Assembly (NCBI GenBank): GCA_938017515.1
Contig: CALIJJ010000030.1
Coordinates: 6,360-70,359, forward strand
Length of the DNA: 64,000 nt
Source of the DNA: an uncultured Pseudanabaenaceae cyanobacterium
GTDB taxonomy: Bacteria; Cyanobacteriota; Cyanobacteriia; PCC-9006; JAAUQQ01
Direction: 5' to 3'
Below, in pieces: positions 10,483 through 22,236 of this stretch (its first letter is position 1; each line of letters opens with the position of its first letter). The notes beneath the pieces are model-generated. The model searched no databases. It was not told the origin of the DNA and saw nothing but the letters and a program-made list of their open reading frames with translations. Both the position numbers and the translations under genes were made by a program.

Positions 10483-13400
10483 CTAGGTCGTCACCATCAT
10501 GGCCTCTAGTTCTGCTAGCAACTCCTGCTCGTTGTAGGGTTTGGAAAAGTAGGCCGATGCGCCCAGGTTCATGGCTAAGTTGCGGTGTTTGTCGCCGCTG
10601 CGGGAGGTGAGCATGGCAACGGGGAGATGGGCGATCGCCGGATCGGCCTTGACATGAGCCAAAACGCCGTAGCCGTCCAGCCGGGGCATCTCGATGTCGC
10701 AAATAATCGCCTGGACTGAAATGTCACCGGCTAGCAGCTCAAGGGCCTGTTGACCATCCTTGGCCTGTTCTACGCGGTAGCCTGCTTTCTCTAGGGTTAG
10801 GGCCAGGAAGCGCCGTACATTGATGGAGTCATCGACCACCAAAATCGCTGGCTTACGGGCGGAGAGAGGCGCTGGGCGATCGCCGGGAATTTCTGGTGTT
10901 GAGTCAGCATCAGCCAGGTCGGCATGGGCCAGCAGGTCCAGCAGTTCGGGCACGCTGACCAAGGGAATAACGCGGCCATCACCCATGATGGTGCAGTTGC
11001 TGAACCCTGCGGGCATACCGATTTGACCTTCGATGCGGCGAACGGCCACTTCTTGTTCGCCCCAGGAACGCTCGATCTCTAGTCCCACAAGCTCGTTGTT
11101 GAGGGGGGCATTGTTGAGAGGGTCGTTGTTGAGGGGGTCATGGTTATCGCTTGGGCTGGGACGATTTCTCGGGCGCTCAACATTGACGACGAGTAGCGCC
11201 GGGGTCTCGATTTTAGGGTCAGCTTCTAGGCTGTAGGGAGGACGGGGGCAGTTGAACCGCAGCCAAGGCGATAGTTCAATGCGTTCTAGGGATTGACCAT
11301 TCCAGGTGAAGCAGGCGCTGTCCTGTTGGTGTTCGGGGAGCTGCTCAATCAGAATCACTTCAGCGACCCCCTCCGCTGGAATCGCCAGCAGCATGCCCTT
11401 GCATTCGACGACCAGAACGCGCAGCACGGCGAGGCTGAAGGGAACGGCAAGGGTAAAGAGAGTGCCCTGACCGGGTTGTGTATCCACCGAAATTTCTCCT
11501 CGGACGGGCTTGAGGCGCTCGCGCACTACATCCATGCCAACCCCGCGACCGGAGAGGTTCGTGACGCGATCGCTCGTGCTGAAACCTGGTTCAAAAATCA
11601 GCGAAAGCAGCTCCTGCTGACTGGCTTCTGCCAAGAGGGCTTCGTCAAGACCCAAGTTCGTGGCCTTGGCTCGTACCTTGTCTAAGTTGATGCCACGCCC
11701 ATCATCCTGAAATTCGATCAGGGTGCGGTTGCCGCGCTGGCGGGCTCGAATCGTGATGTTGCCCTCGGCGGGCTTGCCCACGGCTTGACGATCGTCAGGG
11801 GATTCGAGACCGTGGTCAAAGGCATTGCGCAGCAGGTGCATGAGCGGTTCTTGCAGCGCCTCCAGCACATTGCGATCGACCAGGGTTTCGCTGCCTTCTA
11901 GTTTGAGCTGAACCCGTTTGCCATGTTCCTGGCTCAGTTCTCGTAGTGCCCTGGGAAAGCGATTGAGTACGTCGGACAGGGGACGCATGCGCAGGTGCGT
12001 GAGCTGATTGCTGAGGTGCTTGGTGGTTTTGTTGAGATTGCGCAGCGTGATGTCGGCTTCTTCCAGGCTCAGGTCCACGTCCGTGGTGACCTCTTGCACC
12101 TGGACAATGGTTTCCATCACCGACTGAGATTGCAGGCTGAGGGTGTCGTATCGGTCCATTTCCAAACGATCAAATTCCAGATGATCCAAGGACGGATGAC
12201 CAAAGCCCGAGCCATTACCCGAGCCATTACCTAAGCCATGGCGTGATGGGAAAACGTTGCTGGCTCCAACCATGGCGGGCTGTTTCATACCAACCGCGAT
12301 TTCGTCATAGGAAGACCGTAGGGAGCGATTGCTCTGGTCCAAGACCTGAACCCGTTGCTTGAGCAATTGGGTAAGGCTTCGGAGGCGATCGCAATACAGG
12401 GCCAGTGCATTGCGTTCAATGGTGAGTTCTCCGAAGAGGTCATTGAGCTGATCGATACGTTTGAGGGAGACGCGCACCGTACGGTCAGCATCTTCGGCTT
12501 CGTGAGAAGGTGCGTTTGCTGAACGATGGGCTGCTGCACCCACGTCTGCTTCTGAGGGCAGTGGCTCTAGGTCCGTTGGTTTGAGTCTGGTGGGCTCCGC
12601 AACAAATTCTGACTGAAACTCGGGTGCTGAATGGGGCTGAACGGCCGCTTGGGATGCGGGAGTTGGGGACGGTTCAAGGGATTCAACGCTTGATTGGGGG
12701 AGAGCCGTGGGTGGCCTAACCGTGTTCCCTGCCGTCGGCAAGACAAGCTCCGTTGAAATTAAGTCGAGTTGCTGAGCTAGGACCAGGGCCTGGGCACGTC
12801 GCCAAGCGTTCAGGGCGGCTTCAGCGACGAGCCCAGCACCATGATGGTCGAGAGCCTCAATGACGGCTTCGCAGAGCTGACTAAAGGCCGAGAGCTGAAG
12901 CATCTCGCCCAGTCCACCGAGTTCGCCCGCGAGGGTAATGAGTTCGCTACGCAACTCAGTCTCCGGCGTTTGTTGGTTTAGAAGCCCTTCGAGCTGCTGA
13001 AGCACCCCTTCCACTTCGGAGCTGAACACAATATCCAGCAACGCCTGACCCCCGTCGTCCCCCCCAAGGACTGAGGCTGCCGTTTCTTCGTCAGCATCAC
13101 CGAGTTCGGTTCGCAGCTGATCAAAAAGCGGATGAGCTTGCTGGGTGAGCCATGTCTCGTCAGGCTGCTGGTCTTGGCGAGCCATCTGGATGACCCGCTG
13201 GAGGCAGTCCACCCCGGCCAGGAGTTGATTCTCTAGAGCAAAACTGATTTCCAAGGACTGGCGCTTGGTTTTGAGCACCTTGAAGGAGTCTTCCAACCGA
13301 TGGGCAAACTCGCTCAGGGTTTGGTAGCCCATCATCGCAGCTCCCCCCTTGATCGAATGGGAGGCGCGCATGGCTTCGTTGATCTTTTGCAAGTCAATAC

Positions 13401-13506
13401 GGCTGCCCGCCAGTCCTAGGACTGCCCCTTCCAATGCACCGAGGTACTCCTGGGCCTCGTCGAGAAACTGACGTTGAATTTCCTGTTCCCTTGGATCCTG
13501 TGCCAT
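10483..13506 (-). CDS. pixL: CheA-like hybrid histidine kinase (Hpt-HATPase-CheW-REC), PixL type
   Basis: Hpt HSIKGGA, HLLRNAFDHG, DDGRG, SGRGVGMDVV, C-terminal receiver; last gene of a PatA-CheY-CheW-MCP-CheA cluster. Confidence 0.9.
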   Translation of the reverse strand: MAQDPREQEIQRQFLDEAQEYLGALEGAVLGLAGSRIDLQKINEAMRASHSIKGGAAMMGYQTLSEFAHRLEDSFKVLKTKRQSLEISFALENQLLAGVDCLQRVIQMARQDQQPDETWLTQQAHPLFDQLRTELGDADEETAASVLGGDDGGQALLDIVFSSEVEGVLQQLEGLLNQQTPETELRSELITLAGELGGLGEMLQLSAFSQLCEAVIEALDHHGAGLVAEAALNAWRRAQALVLAQQLDLISTELVLPTAGNTVRPPTALPQSSVESLEPSPTPASQAAVQPHSAPEFQSEFVAEPTRLKPTDLEPLPSEADVGAAAHRSANAPSHEAEDADRTVRVSLKRIDQLNDLFGELTIERNALALYCDRLRSLTQLLKQRVQVLDQSNRSLRSSYDEIAVGMKQPAMVGASNVFPSRHGLGNGSGNGSGFGHPSLDHLEFDRLEMDRYDTLSLQSQSVMETIVQVQEVTTDVDLSLEEADITLRNLNKTTKHLSNQLTHLRMRPLSDVLNRFPRALRELSQEHGKRVQLKLEGSETLVDRNVLEALQEPLMHLLRNAFDHGLESPDDRQAVGKPAEGNITIRARQRGNRTLIEFQDDGRGINLDKVRAKATNLGLDEALLAEASQQELLSLIFEPGFSTSDRVTNLSGRGVGMDVVRERLKPVRGEISVDTQPGQGTLFTLAVPFSLAVLRVLVVECKGMLLAIPAEGVAEVILIEQLPEHQQDSACFTWNGQSLERIELSPWLRFNCPRPPYSLEADPKIETPALLVVNVERPRNRPSPSDNHDPLNNDPLNNAPLNNELVGLEIERSWGEQEVAVRRIEGQIGMPAGFSNCTIMGDGRVIPLVSVPELLDLLAHADLADADSTPEIPGDRPAPLSARKPAILVVDDSINVRRFLALTLEKAGYRVEQAKDGQQALELLAGDISVQAIICDIEMPRLDGYGVLAHVKADPAIAHLPVAMLTSRSGDKHRNLAMNLGASAYFSKPYNEQELLAELEAMMVTT

Positions 13507-13521
13507 AGCTTCACTCCTTCC

Positions 13522-16500
13522 CTAGACCACTTTGAACGTACCGACGGATTCCTGAAGCTGTTCGGTCACGCCCATGGTGTCCTGCAACGACTCGGAAACT
13601 TGGGTTGAAGCAGTCGAGGTTCGGTGGGCGATCGCCGACAGTTTCTTCATCAACTCTGTAATGGATTGGGAGGTATCAGCCTGGGAGACCGTTGCATCGG
13701 AGATCGAATTCACCAATGCGTCAATTTCCTGGGAAACCGATACGATTTGCCCCAGGTTTTGCTTGGCATCCTCGACGAGGTGTGTCCCTTCGACGACCTG
13801 AGTGGTGCCCAGCTCCATGGCCTGGACCACTTCGCTGGTTTCCCGCTGAATGGTTTCGACGATTTGCTCAATTTCTTTGGTCGCGGTGGCGGAGCGCGCC
13901 GCCAGTTCGCCCACCTCTTCGGCAACCACCGCAAAGCCCTGTCCCTGTTCGCCTGCTCGGGCCGCCTCAATGCCTGCGTTAATGGCAAGCAAGTTGGTCT
14001 GCATGGCGATTTGGTTAATCAGATAAACCACCTTCGAAATTTGCTGGGAGGATTCGCCCAAGCGTTTGACCTTCTTGGCGGTTTCGCCGATGGTTTCCCG
14101 CAGGGTCAAGATATTTTCGACCGTACGGTCCATGGACACGCCCCCCGCCACGGCCGTTTCTGCTGCGGTCTGACTGACGGCGGCGGTTTGTCGAGCGCTC
14201 GTGGCCACCGCCTGAATGGAGCGGGTCATGCCCTCAACGGAGTTGAGCGCTGCCGTAATCTCCTCGGACTGGCGTAGCGCTTCATGGGCCAGTTGGCGAA
14301 TTTCGCCGCCACTCTCACCCACGGATTGATTCACCTGGATGGCGGAGTCTTTCACCTGAGTGACGACTTGCCGCAGATTTTCCACGATGGAGTTGAAGAA
14401 GTCGGCCACGGTACCAATGGCTCCTTCGCTCACATTGGCCCGCACGGTCAGATCACCATCAGCCACATGTTCGACATCGCCCAGCAGCTCGATGAGCTGC
14501 ATTTGCAACGTTTCGTTTTGTTGTCGCTGGGTTTCGGACATTGCTTCTGCATCGATGCGAGCCTGCTCCTGGGCACGAGCCAGTGACGCCTGCTCCATGG
14601 CATAGCCTAATTGAATTGCAACTTGCTGGGCAAAGTTGACTTCATTCTCTTGCCATTCCCGTGGACTTTGGCACTGATGAATGCACAACAGGCCCAATAG
14701 TGTTTCGTTGACCAACACCGGAGCCACGAGATTTGCCTTAACTTCAAAGGGATCTAACTCCTGGCGATAGCAGTCTTCGAGTCCTGACGTTGCGATGTTG
14801 CTGATGACATGAACCCGTCCCTGGCGGTAGGGTTCCACATACTTTTCTGCAAAGCAAGGGTCGGCGACTTCTCGGCCGATGACCGATGACCAGCCCGGTA
14901 GCACGGATTCCGCTGCGATTTTGCCGCTGTAATCCTCGTCAAACTGATAGATGACCGCGCGGTCTGCATCTAGGGTTTCCCGGATGCCATCCACTGCGGC
15001 CTTGAAAATTTCTGCATCGTTGGGGGTCTCTCGCATGGCCACTGTGATGTTGGCCAACTGGCGTGCTTGGTGAGCTTGGGTTTCTTGGCGACGGGCTTCG
15101 TTGGCAAGCGATGTCTCGGATTCAACAATACTGTCCGCCATACCGTTGAACGTCATGGCAAGCTGACCCACTTCATCCACACTGTAGATGTTGGCGCGCT
15201 GGCTGCGATCGCCCTCGGCAAAGGCTTCCGTTGCACGCCCTAGATTGAGCAGTGGCTTGAGCACGGTTCGTCGGAACACAATCGCCCACAGGCCAATGAG
15301 ACCTGCGGAAATACCCAGCACAAGCAATTTTTGCATCAAACTCCGGTTCAGAAGTTCTGTGATGATGCGCTCGGGCGTACCGTGAACCAAAATGGCGTGG
15401 GTTGATGCCGGATCATAAATCGGAACATCGCGGCGAGTGTTGGAATAGTCGGTGTAGATACGAGAGGGCTCAGCCTGGACGGCCACGGTGTGCATCTGCC
15501 CATTAATCGCCATCCGTTCAATGAATGTTTTGCCGGGACTTGCGACGGCACGTTTCAGCAAGGCGTCGTTGTTGAGCTGAACATCACTCTTATAGAGGTT
15601 GATGTCTTGCCCCTCCTCAACTAGGATTCCCGATGACAACGTAAACTCGCCGTCCTCTGTATGTTGGTAAATCGCACTGTAGCCCTTTTTCAAGGATTGC
15701 AAAACGGCTCGTGCGATCGAAGGTTTTCCGTTGATGATGTCACCGAGGACCAGGGCACCAATGGTTTGCGTCGAATCCTGTGGGTCAAAAATAGGGGTTA
15801 CAACATAGCGAATGAGGATGTCCTCTGGGTCCATCCCTTCTGCGAGGGGAGCACCTTCCTGTTTGATTTCTGACCAAGGGACAATTTCGTTGGCTTTGAC
15901 CTGGCGTCCTTGCTGGAGGGTCAGGCTGACCAAACCGGCGGGATCAAAGGTTTCACCCGTGCGATCGCGATTGGCACTGGCGAGGATTTCGAGGTCTGTT
16001 CCAACCAGAGTTGCATACTCAATCTGACGGGCATTCACTTCATTGCGCAGAATCTGGGTGACGCGAATGGCGGCATCCGGTGCCATCGTTTCACCGTATT
16101 GGTCCGTCAGAGCAGCGTTCACCAAGGCCAAATTGTCTGACTGCCCCCGGGAACCAAACGCCATTTGGTTCACTTTGGTGCGGTACTCAATGTCAGTGAT
16201 CGCCACCTCCGAGCGAGCAAGCTCGACGAGCTGCTGACGGAGACTGCTGTTGAGAATCCAAATGGTGCCAATGCCCAAACCCACCAGGGGAATGAGTTCG
16301 GAAATGATCATCGCTAGGAGCTGTTTCCGACCAATGGGCAGATTCGTGAACCAGCGCTGTAAGGGAAAGCGTCGCGGTTTGATCGGCTTTTGGAGCGATC
16401 CCTCCTGCGGCTGCGGTGGAATTGCCTCGGGTTCCAGGGATGCCCTAGAGCGATTGCTCAAATCACCATGAGCCTGTTCCGAAGGAGCGGAGGACCGATC

Positions 16501-16560
16501 CATTGCTTCGGACTGAGGAGCTAGTGGCTTTTTCTTGGGTAACCCGTTGGTGAGTGTCAT
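13522..16560 (-). CDS. pixJ: methyl-accepting phototaxis receptor with cyanobacteriochrome GAF domain (PixJ type)
   Basis: Two TM helices, periplasmic domain, HAMP, GAF with DPCF and CY cysteines, MCP signalling domain ([30 protein letters not shown]). Confidence 0.9.
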   Translation of the reverse strand: MTLTNGLPKKKPLAPQSEAMDRSSAPSEQAHGDLSNRSRASLEPEAIPPQPQEGSLQKPIKPRRFPLQRWFTNLPIGRKQLLAMIISELIPLVGLGIGTIWILNSSLRQQLVELARSEVAITDIEYRTKVNQMAFGSRGQSDNLALVNAALTDQYGETMAPDAAIRVTQILRNEVNARQIEYATLVGTDLEILASANRDRTGETFDPAGLVSLTLQQGRQVKANEIVPWSEIKQEGAPLAEGMDPEDILIRYVVTPIFDPQDSTQTIGALVLGDIINGKPSIARAVLQSLKKGYSAIYQHTEDGEFTLSSGILVEEGQDINLYKSDVQLNNDALLKRAVASPGKTFIERMAINGQMHTVAVQAEPSRIYTDYSNTRRDVPIYDPASTHAILVHGTPERIITELLNRSLMQKLLVLGISAGLIGLWAIVFRRTVLKPLLNLGRATEAFAEGDRSQRANIYSVDEVGQLAMTFNGMADSIVESETSLANEARRQETQAHQARQLANITVAMRETPNDAEIFKAAVDGIRETLDADRAVIYQFDEDYSGKIAAESVLPGWSSVIGREVADPCFAEKYVEPYRQGRVHVISNIATSGLEDCYRQELDPFEVKANLVAPVLVNETLLGLLCIHQCQSPREWQENEVNFAQQVAIQLGYAMEQASLARAQEQARIDAEAMSETQRQQNETLQMQLIELLGDVEHVADGDLTVRANVSEGAIGTVADFFNSIVENLRQVVTQVKDSAIQVNQSVGESGGEIRQLAHEALRQSEEITAALNSVEGMTRSIQAVATSARQTAAVSQTAAETAVAGGVSMDRTVENILTLRETIGETAKKVKRLGESSQQISKVVYLINQIAMQTNLLAINAGIEAARAGEQGQGFAVVAEEVGELAARSATATKEIEQIVETIQRETSEVVQAMELGTTQVVEGTHLVEDAKQNLGQIVSVSQEIDALVNSISDATVSQADTSQSITELMKKLSAIAHRTSTASTQVSESLQDTMGVTEQLQESVGTFKVV

Positions 16561-16665
16561 TGGTTTTTCTAGCGTGGCGAATGGGCAAGGGCAGGGGAGG
16601 CGCGAAGTCAGGTGCGAGGGGAAGGAACAGTAAGGGGGACAGAAGACTCGGGAGAAAGCTGAGGA

Positions 16666-17232
16666 CTATTGCAAGCCAAGCGATCGCAACACCGGCGCTT
16701 GTAAAATGGCTGCCCCATCTAAAATTAGAGGGCTGGGCTCGCCTGCTTCTGTGGTGCGACTGCCCGCCACAAATGAGGTCAGCGGACTGGGCAAAGATGG
16801 GGGAGCGGATTGGGTTTCTTCCTCCCCCAGCCACTGCATGCTTTCGACCTGGTTGACCGCCAGACCCAGAGCCGCGGAACCCGAGCGTAGAATGATGACA
16901 CTGTGCTGCTGAGTGCTGGGTTCTAGGCGGGAGATTCCCAGTAGCTGAGCGAGGTCCACGAGCCAGAAAATACGATTGCCACGGTTCATTAATCCCAAGA
17001 CGCAGCTCGGCATATTGGGCATGGGGCTAAGCCGTTGAACGGACAGCGACAAAACCTCTTGAATGTCGCTCATCTGTATTAGGGCGGGAGCCGAGGGCTG
17101 CGATTCGGAGGCAGGTAGTTGGAACTGCAAGTAGCGTTCACCGGATTTTGTGCCACTTCGATTTTTGCTGCGATCGCTAAGGGAAGGCAGTGATTGAGTG
17201 ATCGATGGGGCATTAAGCTCGGCCTGGGCCAT
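16666..17232 (-). CDS. pixI: CheW-like adaptor (PixI type)
   Basis: PMPNMPSCVLGLMNRGNRIFWLVDL CheW motif; operon position. Confidence 0.85.
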   Translation of the reverse strand: MAQAELNAPSITQSLPSLSDRSKNRSGTKSGERYLQFQLPASESQPSAPALIQMSDIQEVLSLSVQRLSPMPNMPSCVLGLMNRGNRIFWLVDLAQLLGISRLEPSTQQHSVIILRSGSAALGLAVNQVESMQWLGEEETQSAPPSLPSPLTSFVAGSRTTEAGEPSPLILDGAAILQAPVLRSLGLQ

Positions 17233-17310
17233 GGCAATAGCGTCCTGGGGAGATTGCGAAAAGGAGGATAGAAAATCCCTGGAGATAGTTTGAAAAAAAG
17301 CTGCTCCGCT

Positions 17311-17691
17311 TTAGCTCAGGATGGATTGAATGACCTGAACCAATTCATCTCGCGTAAAGGGCTTTGTGACGTAGGCCGCTGCGCCCTGTTTCATCGCCCA
17401 CAGGCGATCGATTGCCTCGCTCTTTGACGAACACACCACAATGGGAATGGTGGCTGTCTTCGGATCTCGTTTAAGGCTGCGACACAGCTCAAATCCGCTC
17501 ATGTCGGGCATCACAATGTCCGTCACAATGAGGTCGGGTAGATTCTCATTGATGCGATTTAGGGCATCCTTGGCACTAACGGCATTAAAAACAGAAAAGC
17601 CGCTTTCACGGAGATAGTGGCTAATAAGCTCCATCTCAGAGAGCGTATCTTCAACCACTAAAACGGTAGATTTTTTGACAACAGTATTCAT
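17311..17691 (-). CDS. pixH: CheY-like response regulator (PixH type)
   Basis: Single receiver domain VLVVED, DIVMP, KPF; operon position. Confidence 0.88.
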   Translation of the reverse strand: MNTVVKKSTVLVVEDTLSEMELISHYLRESGFSVFNAVSAKDALNRINENLPDLIVTDIVMPDMSGFELCRSLKRDPKTATIPIVVCSSKSEAIDRLWAMKQGAAAYVTKPFTRDELVQVIQSILS

Positions 17692-17814
17692 AAGCTTGTC
17701 TTCCCTGATGATTAAAAAATGAGCTGCATCTTTTCAATCTATAGAGGCCATAGAAGCCATAGAAATTGTTAGCAGCATCGTTGCCCTAGGCCATTGCGAT
17801 GGTGTCGAAACGGC

Positions 17815-19032
17815 CTAAACCGATAGATTGCGGAACACGATTTTGAGCAACTCTGAACGGTTGAAGGGTTTGGTGAGATAGCCTGATGCCCCGACCAGCT
17901 TTGCCCTTGCCCGATCCACAAAACCCGTATTGCCTGTCACCATGATGATGGGAACCGATTTGAACGCCGGATGGCGGCGCAATAATGAGCAGAGTTCATA
18001 GCCATCTAGGCTGGGCATTTCCACATCGAGCAGCACCAAGTCCGGTTTGCAGCGCACCACCTGCATCAGCGCTCGCACCGGGTCATTGATCATGAACACC
18101 GAGAAATCGTCCTCTTCCAGATAGCTATGAATGAGCTTCAGGATGCTGGGACTGTCGTCGACACAAACGACGCGATACCGCTTTGTCGAGGAGGCCGTTG
18201 CTGCTCCTGACCCATTCTGCTGGGGAGCAATTGTCCGGCCTGGCGACTGTGCCGGTGCTGGGGAGAAGGCACCGGGCTGGAACGGCAACGATGCAGGGGT
18301 AGAGGGGGAGGAAAGTGAGTCAGCCTTGAAGGGCTGTCCGGTGTTGAAATTCTGTGCAGGCTTGAACTTCTGGTCGGATTTGAAGTTCTGCTCAGGTTGG
18401 AAGGATTGAACCGAGGATGCCGATTGCTCTGCTTTGAAGGAAATCGGCGCAGAACCGCCGTTCAGTAGACCCAGGCGAGGCGCTTCGGCTGGGTCATCAA
18501 GTTCCCCGACATTTTGAATGATATTGCGTAGGTTTAGGCGACAAACGCTAAACCAGTCTTCCAACTGGGCTCGCTCCACAATGTCGTAGCTGCCTGTGGA
18601 GACAGAGAGCAGCGAACGAATGGATTCCTTCGCCAAATTTTCCACCAGGCCCGCCGCCTGAAGCGGTGTGAGGTACTGTTGCTCAAGCAACCACTGGATG
18701 GCCTGATAATCGGGACTCAGTGCCGAAGGCATGGGCTGACGTGTCTCGAAGAGCAGTCTGACCTGCACCCGTACCGCACTGACGAGGGAGGGCACCACGC
18801 GCCCCATGTGCCTGAGGTGGCGCTCTAGGCGATCGAAGGCAGCATCTGCTGCAGAGGCATAGACCAACTCGCCCTCTTCCAAATACAGCCGCCAGGATTT
18901 TGAGCCACTGTAGATCATGAGACAGCCATTTGTCTTTTGCCCGGACACTTGGGCCAGGAGCGTCAATGGATTAAATCTCAAGAAAGAGGGGTCGCTTTGG
19001 GCGTAAAGGCTCGCCATAATTCGATGCTCCAC
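17815..19032 (-). CDS. pixG: PatA-family response regulator (PixG type)
   Basis: N-terminal PATAN-like domain, low-complexity linker, C-terminal receiver (CVDDS, DVEMP, TKPF). Confidence 0.88.
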   Translation of the reverse strand: MEHRIMASLYAQSDPSFLRFNPLTLLAQVSGQKTNGCLMIYSGSKSWRLYLEEGELVYASAADAAFDRLERHLRHMGRVVPSLVSAVRVQVRLLFETRQPMPSALSPDYQAIQWLLEQQYLTPLQAAGLVENLAKESIRSLLSVSTGSYDIVERAQLEDWFSVCRLNLRNIIQNVGELDDPAEAPRLGLLNGGSAPISFKAEQSASSVQSFQPEQNFKSDQKFKPAQNFNTGQPFKADSLSSPSTPASLPFQPGAFSPAPAQSPGRTIAPQQNGSGAATASSTKRYRVVCVDDSPSILKLIHSYLEEDDFSVFMINDPVRALMQVVRCKPDLVLLDVEMPSLDGYELCSLLRRHPAFKSVPIIMVTGNTGFVDRARAKLVGASGYLTKPFNRSELLKIVFRNLSV

Positions 19033-19485
19033 CTAGGACAAGGTCGTGGTTTTGCGAAACGCTGAAGAATGAAAAGTTAGAGTTAACTCAGGGGAAACTC
19101 GAATCGTTGCAGATTGTCTAGCCTTGGCCAGAACCACGGATACTCAACAATTTTGCTAGGGCTAAAAACCGCAAAATAAAAAGATATAGTCATCTGAAAC
19201 TCGTGAATCTCACCACGCTCTTGAGATGAATAATAAATAATTACTGATCTAAACCTATCATGTCGAACTCCCAGATAAACCCGTATTAAAATATTTTTTT
19301 TCGTCAATTAATTGACAATGAAAAGAACCCAGATGGATGTGTTGGAAGGACTTTTGAGTTTTTATCATGATTGATCAATGCCTTTGTAATTCTTTTGACG
19401 CTGTTTCTTTGAATTTGTATCACTAAAGACAGTTTTTGTTTGATTTCTGGGAGCTTGATGGCATTGAGAATATTGCTTGAGATCG

Positions 19486-22233
19486 TTATTGTTCACCATA
19501 GTGACTAAGGATTTGTTTGATTTTTCCGCGCTGCTGGCTTTGTAACTCTTTGGGGAAGCTCAGCTCTAGGGCGGCGCGATCGCTCATCTGGGATGACGAA
19601 AACTCTAAACTCTGAACCCGAGCAATGAGACTGTAGGGGGTGGATTGGCTCGGATCAAAGACGAGGATGCCGAGTGTCGGTCGCAAAATTTCTAAATCGC
19701 TGATTTCATCAAAGTCAGGGCAGTCGATTTCGATGCGGAGATCCTGTAGCCCCAGTTCGGTAATTTGTCCGATTTTAGTCTCGCTACCCCAGCCTTCCCA
19801 ATAGAGTTGGGCCTGCGATCGCCCCCGCTTTCGCATCTGCACCCCCATCTCTGGGCGGAACTGTTCGAAGACACGGCGAATGCTCGTGGCAATAAACTGT
19901 AGGGATTCCAGTGGAATGTCCTGCTCATCCCGCTTTTGGGAATACCACTCGTCTACGTCGGAATACAGGACGACGGTCAGGTCATCCCGCTGAATCGGTG
20001 TGGGGTCCAGGAACTGGAGCGATAGTAAGGCTTCGAGTTGGCGCGTTCCGGCGGCGCGAACCACCTGGGCATTGAGCAGAGCCCGTGCTCCAAAATCCCC
20101 TACGAATTCCACCCGAACTTCGCCAGGGATATTAGGCCAAGACGGCAGTAAAATCTGCGTACCTCCTTCGCTTAAATTGATCGTTTTTCCCGGCCAACTT
20201 TGCCCGTCAGCATGAATAATGGCTTGGATTTGTCGCGGTAGCCGATGGAATTTCCGTAGCTGAGGTTGTTCAAAGGCGACGAGACAGGCTGCGATGACTA
20301 GGATTAAGTTAAACAGACACCAAAACGCATTGATTAAAACGGCTTGGGTATCGGCAGGGCTCCACCATAGCCAAAGCGGAACGGCTAGGAGAGAGGCAGC
20401 ACCGATGACGCCTAAGACGACCAAATAACGAATGCTATCAACGTCAAACGATCGCTTTGTTACGGTCAAGCCCTTGTCGGTGACATTGAACGAACCCAGT
20501 TTGGGATTGATCAGAGCTAATAGCGTGACGATGCCCGCCTGAAATGACATCGCAAATTCGTAAATCTCATTCCAGAATGAGAATCGAACGTGTTTATAGG
20601 GAATGTAGTTGGTCTGCATCGACAGGATGACGTAGGGCAAGGCGTAAAAGAGGGTTTCAACCCCTAGACCTTTGACCGAATTAATGCCGAACAATAAATA
20701 AAGGGCTGGTGCAATTAAGTACATCAGCCGTGGAAAGCCAAAAAAGAAATGGGAGGTTGCGCTGAAGTAGCAAATACGTTGGGGAATGGTCAGTTTGAGC
20801 TGTCGATTGAACAGAGGATTTTCTAACCGTAAAATCTGGGCCATGCCCCTGGCCCAACGCACTTGCTGACCCACGTAGGACGAAAACATTTCTGGAGCGA
20901 GACCCGCCACCATGATTTTGTCGTAGTAGATCGTTTTGAGACCTCTGGAGTGGAGCCGCAATGCTGTGTGGCAGTCTTCCGTGACGGTTTCTGTCGCAAT
21001 ACCACCGACCTCCAGCAGACTGTCACGGCGAATAATGGCAGCGGACCCACAAAAGAACGTGGCGTTCCAGGTGTCGTTGCCCTTTTGTAAGACCTTGTAA
21101 AACAGCTCGTTGCCGACCGGAATTCGTCCCCGGGTGCGTAGATTGCGCTCGAAGGGATCAGGGTTGTAGAACCAATGCGGCGTCTGGACTAGGGCAACTC
21201 TCGGATCTTGGAAAAAACCGACGGTTTCACTGAGGATTTTGCAGGCGGGAATATGGTCACAGTCGAGGATCAGCACCAAGTCGCCTTGGGTTTTCGGCAG
21301 GGCCGTGTTGATGTTGCCTGCCTTGGCATGTTCGTTGTTGTCACGGGTGAGCATGGTGCAGTCCAGTTCGTCGCACATCTGTTGTAGCGATCGACGGCGT
21401 TCCCGATACTTTTCCGCCCGACCATCATCCAAAACGTAAATCGCGGTTTTGGGATAGTGAATGGAGAGGGCCCCGATGACGGTCTTGCGTACGATGTCCA
21501 CATCTTCGTTGTAGGTGGGGATGTAGATATCGACCGTGGGCCAGTCCGCTTCGGGAATGGTGTCCAGGGGGATGGAGCGGCGATCGCGAATCCTCAGGGT
21601 CTGGAAATAGGCCAAAAACAACGTCGCAATGGCGTAGAGTTCCGCCGCATAGAGCAGCAGTGAGAAAAACGTGTTGAGGATGCCCTCAAAGTTGAGCGTG
21701 TAAAACGTGCGGTAATACCAATAGCGCAGCGTCATGATGGTGCTGAGGGCAATCAGCAACAGGTGGAACCGCTCGCTGGTTCGCTGATTGTTTCGGATGC
21801 CTTCGGGGGAATCGTCCTGGGGTTGATTGTCCTCCAGTTGCACCAGCAGTGTGCCGAGTAAAACGACGCCGACGGCAAGGACAGCCTGCTGTTGCCAGGT
21901 GTTTGCCCGCAGTGTGATCAGCGGAACGCTGGCCCAGCCCAATAGCCCCAGCAACAAGAGCAGCGGGCGACGGCCCAGCCAGCCCAGCCCTTGTTCAAAT
22001 CCTGTGGGCAGTTGCTCGGTCAAGAACTGGGTCAGCGGTGGTGCCCAGCGATGGAAGCCAAACCTGGTCTTGGGATAAACGGGATGTTGCGATCGCCGTT
22101 TATCCCTGGACCCCAGGCTAGCCTCAGGTGTCTGACTGGGGTTTGTCAAACTAGATGAGGCAGGGGAAGATATGGCTCGATGGGGCTCAGAGGCGGATGG
22201 GTTGTGACGGGTAGAGGGATCATTAACCAGCAT
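19486..22233 (-). CDS. bcsA: cellulose synthase catalytic subunit (GT2 + PilZ)
   Basis: DDG, HAKAGNIN, DCD, QTPH, FFCGS, TED, QQVRW motifs; PilZ RxxxR (RKFHR) and NLSEGG. Confidence 0.93.
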   Translation of the reverse strand: MLVNDPSTRHNPSASEPHRAISSPASSSLTNPSQTPEASLGSRDKRRSQHPVYPKTRFGFHRWAPPLTQFLTEQLPTGFEQGLGWLGRRPLLLLLGLLGWASVPLITLRANTWQQQAVLAVGVVLLGTLLVQLEDNQPQDDSPEGIRNNQRTSERFHLLLIALSTIMTLRYWYYRTFYTLNFEGILNTFFSLLLYAAELYAIATLFLAYFQTLRIRDRRSIPLDTIPEADWPTVDIYIPTYNEDVDIVRKTVIGALSIHYPKTAIYVLDDGRAEKYRERRRSLQQMCDELDCTMLTRDNNEHAKAGNINTALPKTQGDLVLILDCDHIPACKILSETVGFFQDPRVALVQTPHWFYNPDPFERNLRTRGRIPVGNELFYKVLQKGNDTWNATFFCGSAAIIRRDSLLEVGGIATETVTEDCHTALRLHSRGLKTIYYDKIMVAGLAPEMFSSYVGQQVRWARGMAQILRLENPLFNRQLKLTIPQRICYFSATSHFFFGFPRLMYLIAPALYLLFGINSVKGLGVETLFYALPYVILSMQTNYIPYKHVRFSFWNEIYEFAMSFQAGIVTLLALINPKLGSFNVTDKGLTVTKRSFDVDSIRYLVVLGVIGAASLLAVPLWLWWSPADTQAVLINAFWCLFNLILVIAACLVAFEQPQLRKFHRLPRQIQAIIHADGQSWPGKTINLSEGGTQILLPSWPNIPGEVRVEFVGDFGARALLNAQVVRAAGTRQLEALLSLQFLDPTPIQRDDLTVVLYSDVDEWYSQKRDEQDIPLESLQFIATSIRRVFEQFRPEMGVQMRKRGRSQAQLYWEGWGSETKIGQITELGLQDLRIEIDCPDFDEISDLEILRPTLGILVFDPSQSTPYSLIARVQSLEFSSSQMSDRAALELSFPKELQSQQRGKIKQILSHYGEQ

Positions 22234-22236
22234 CGT

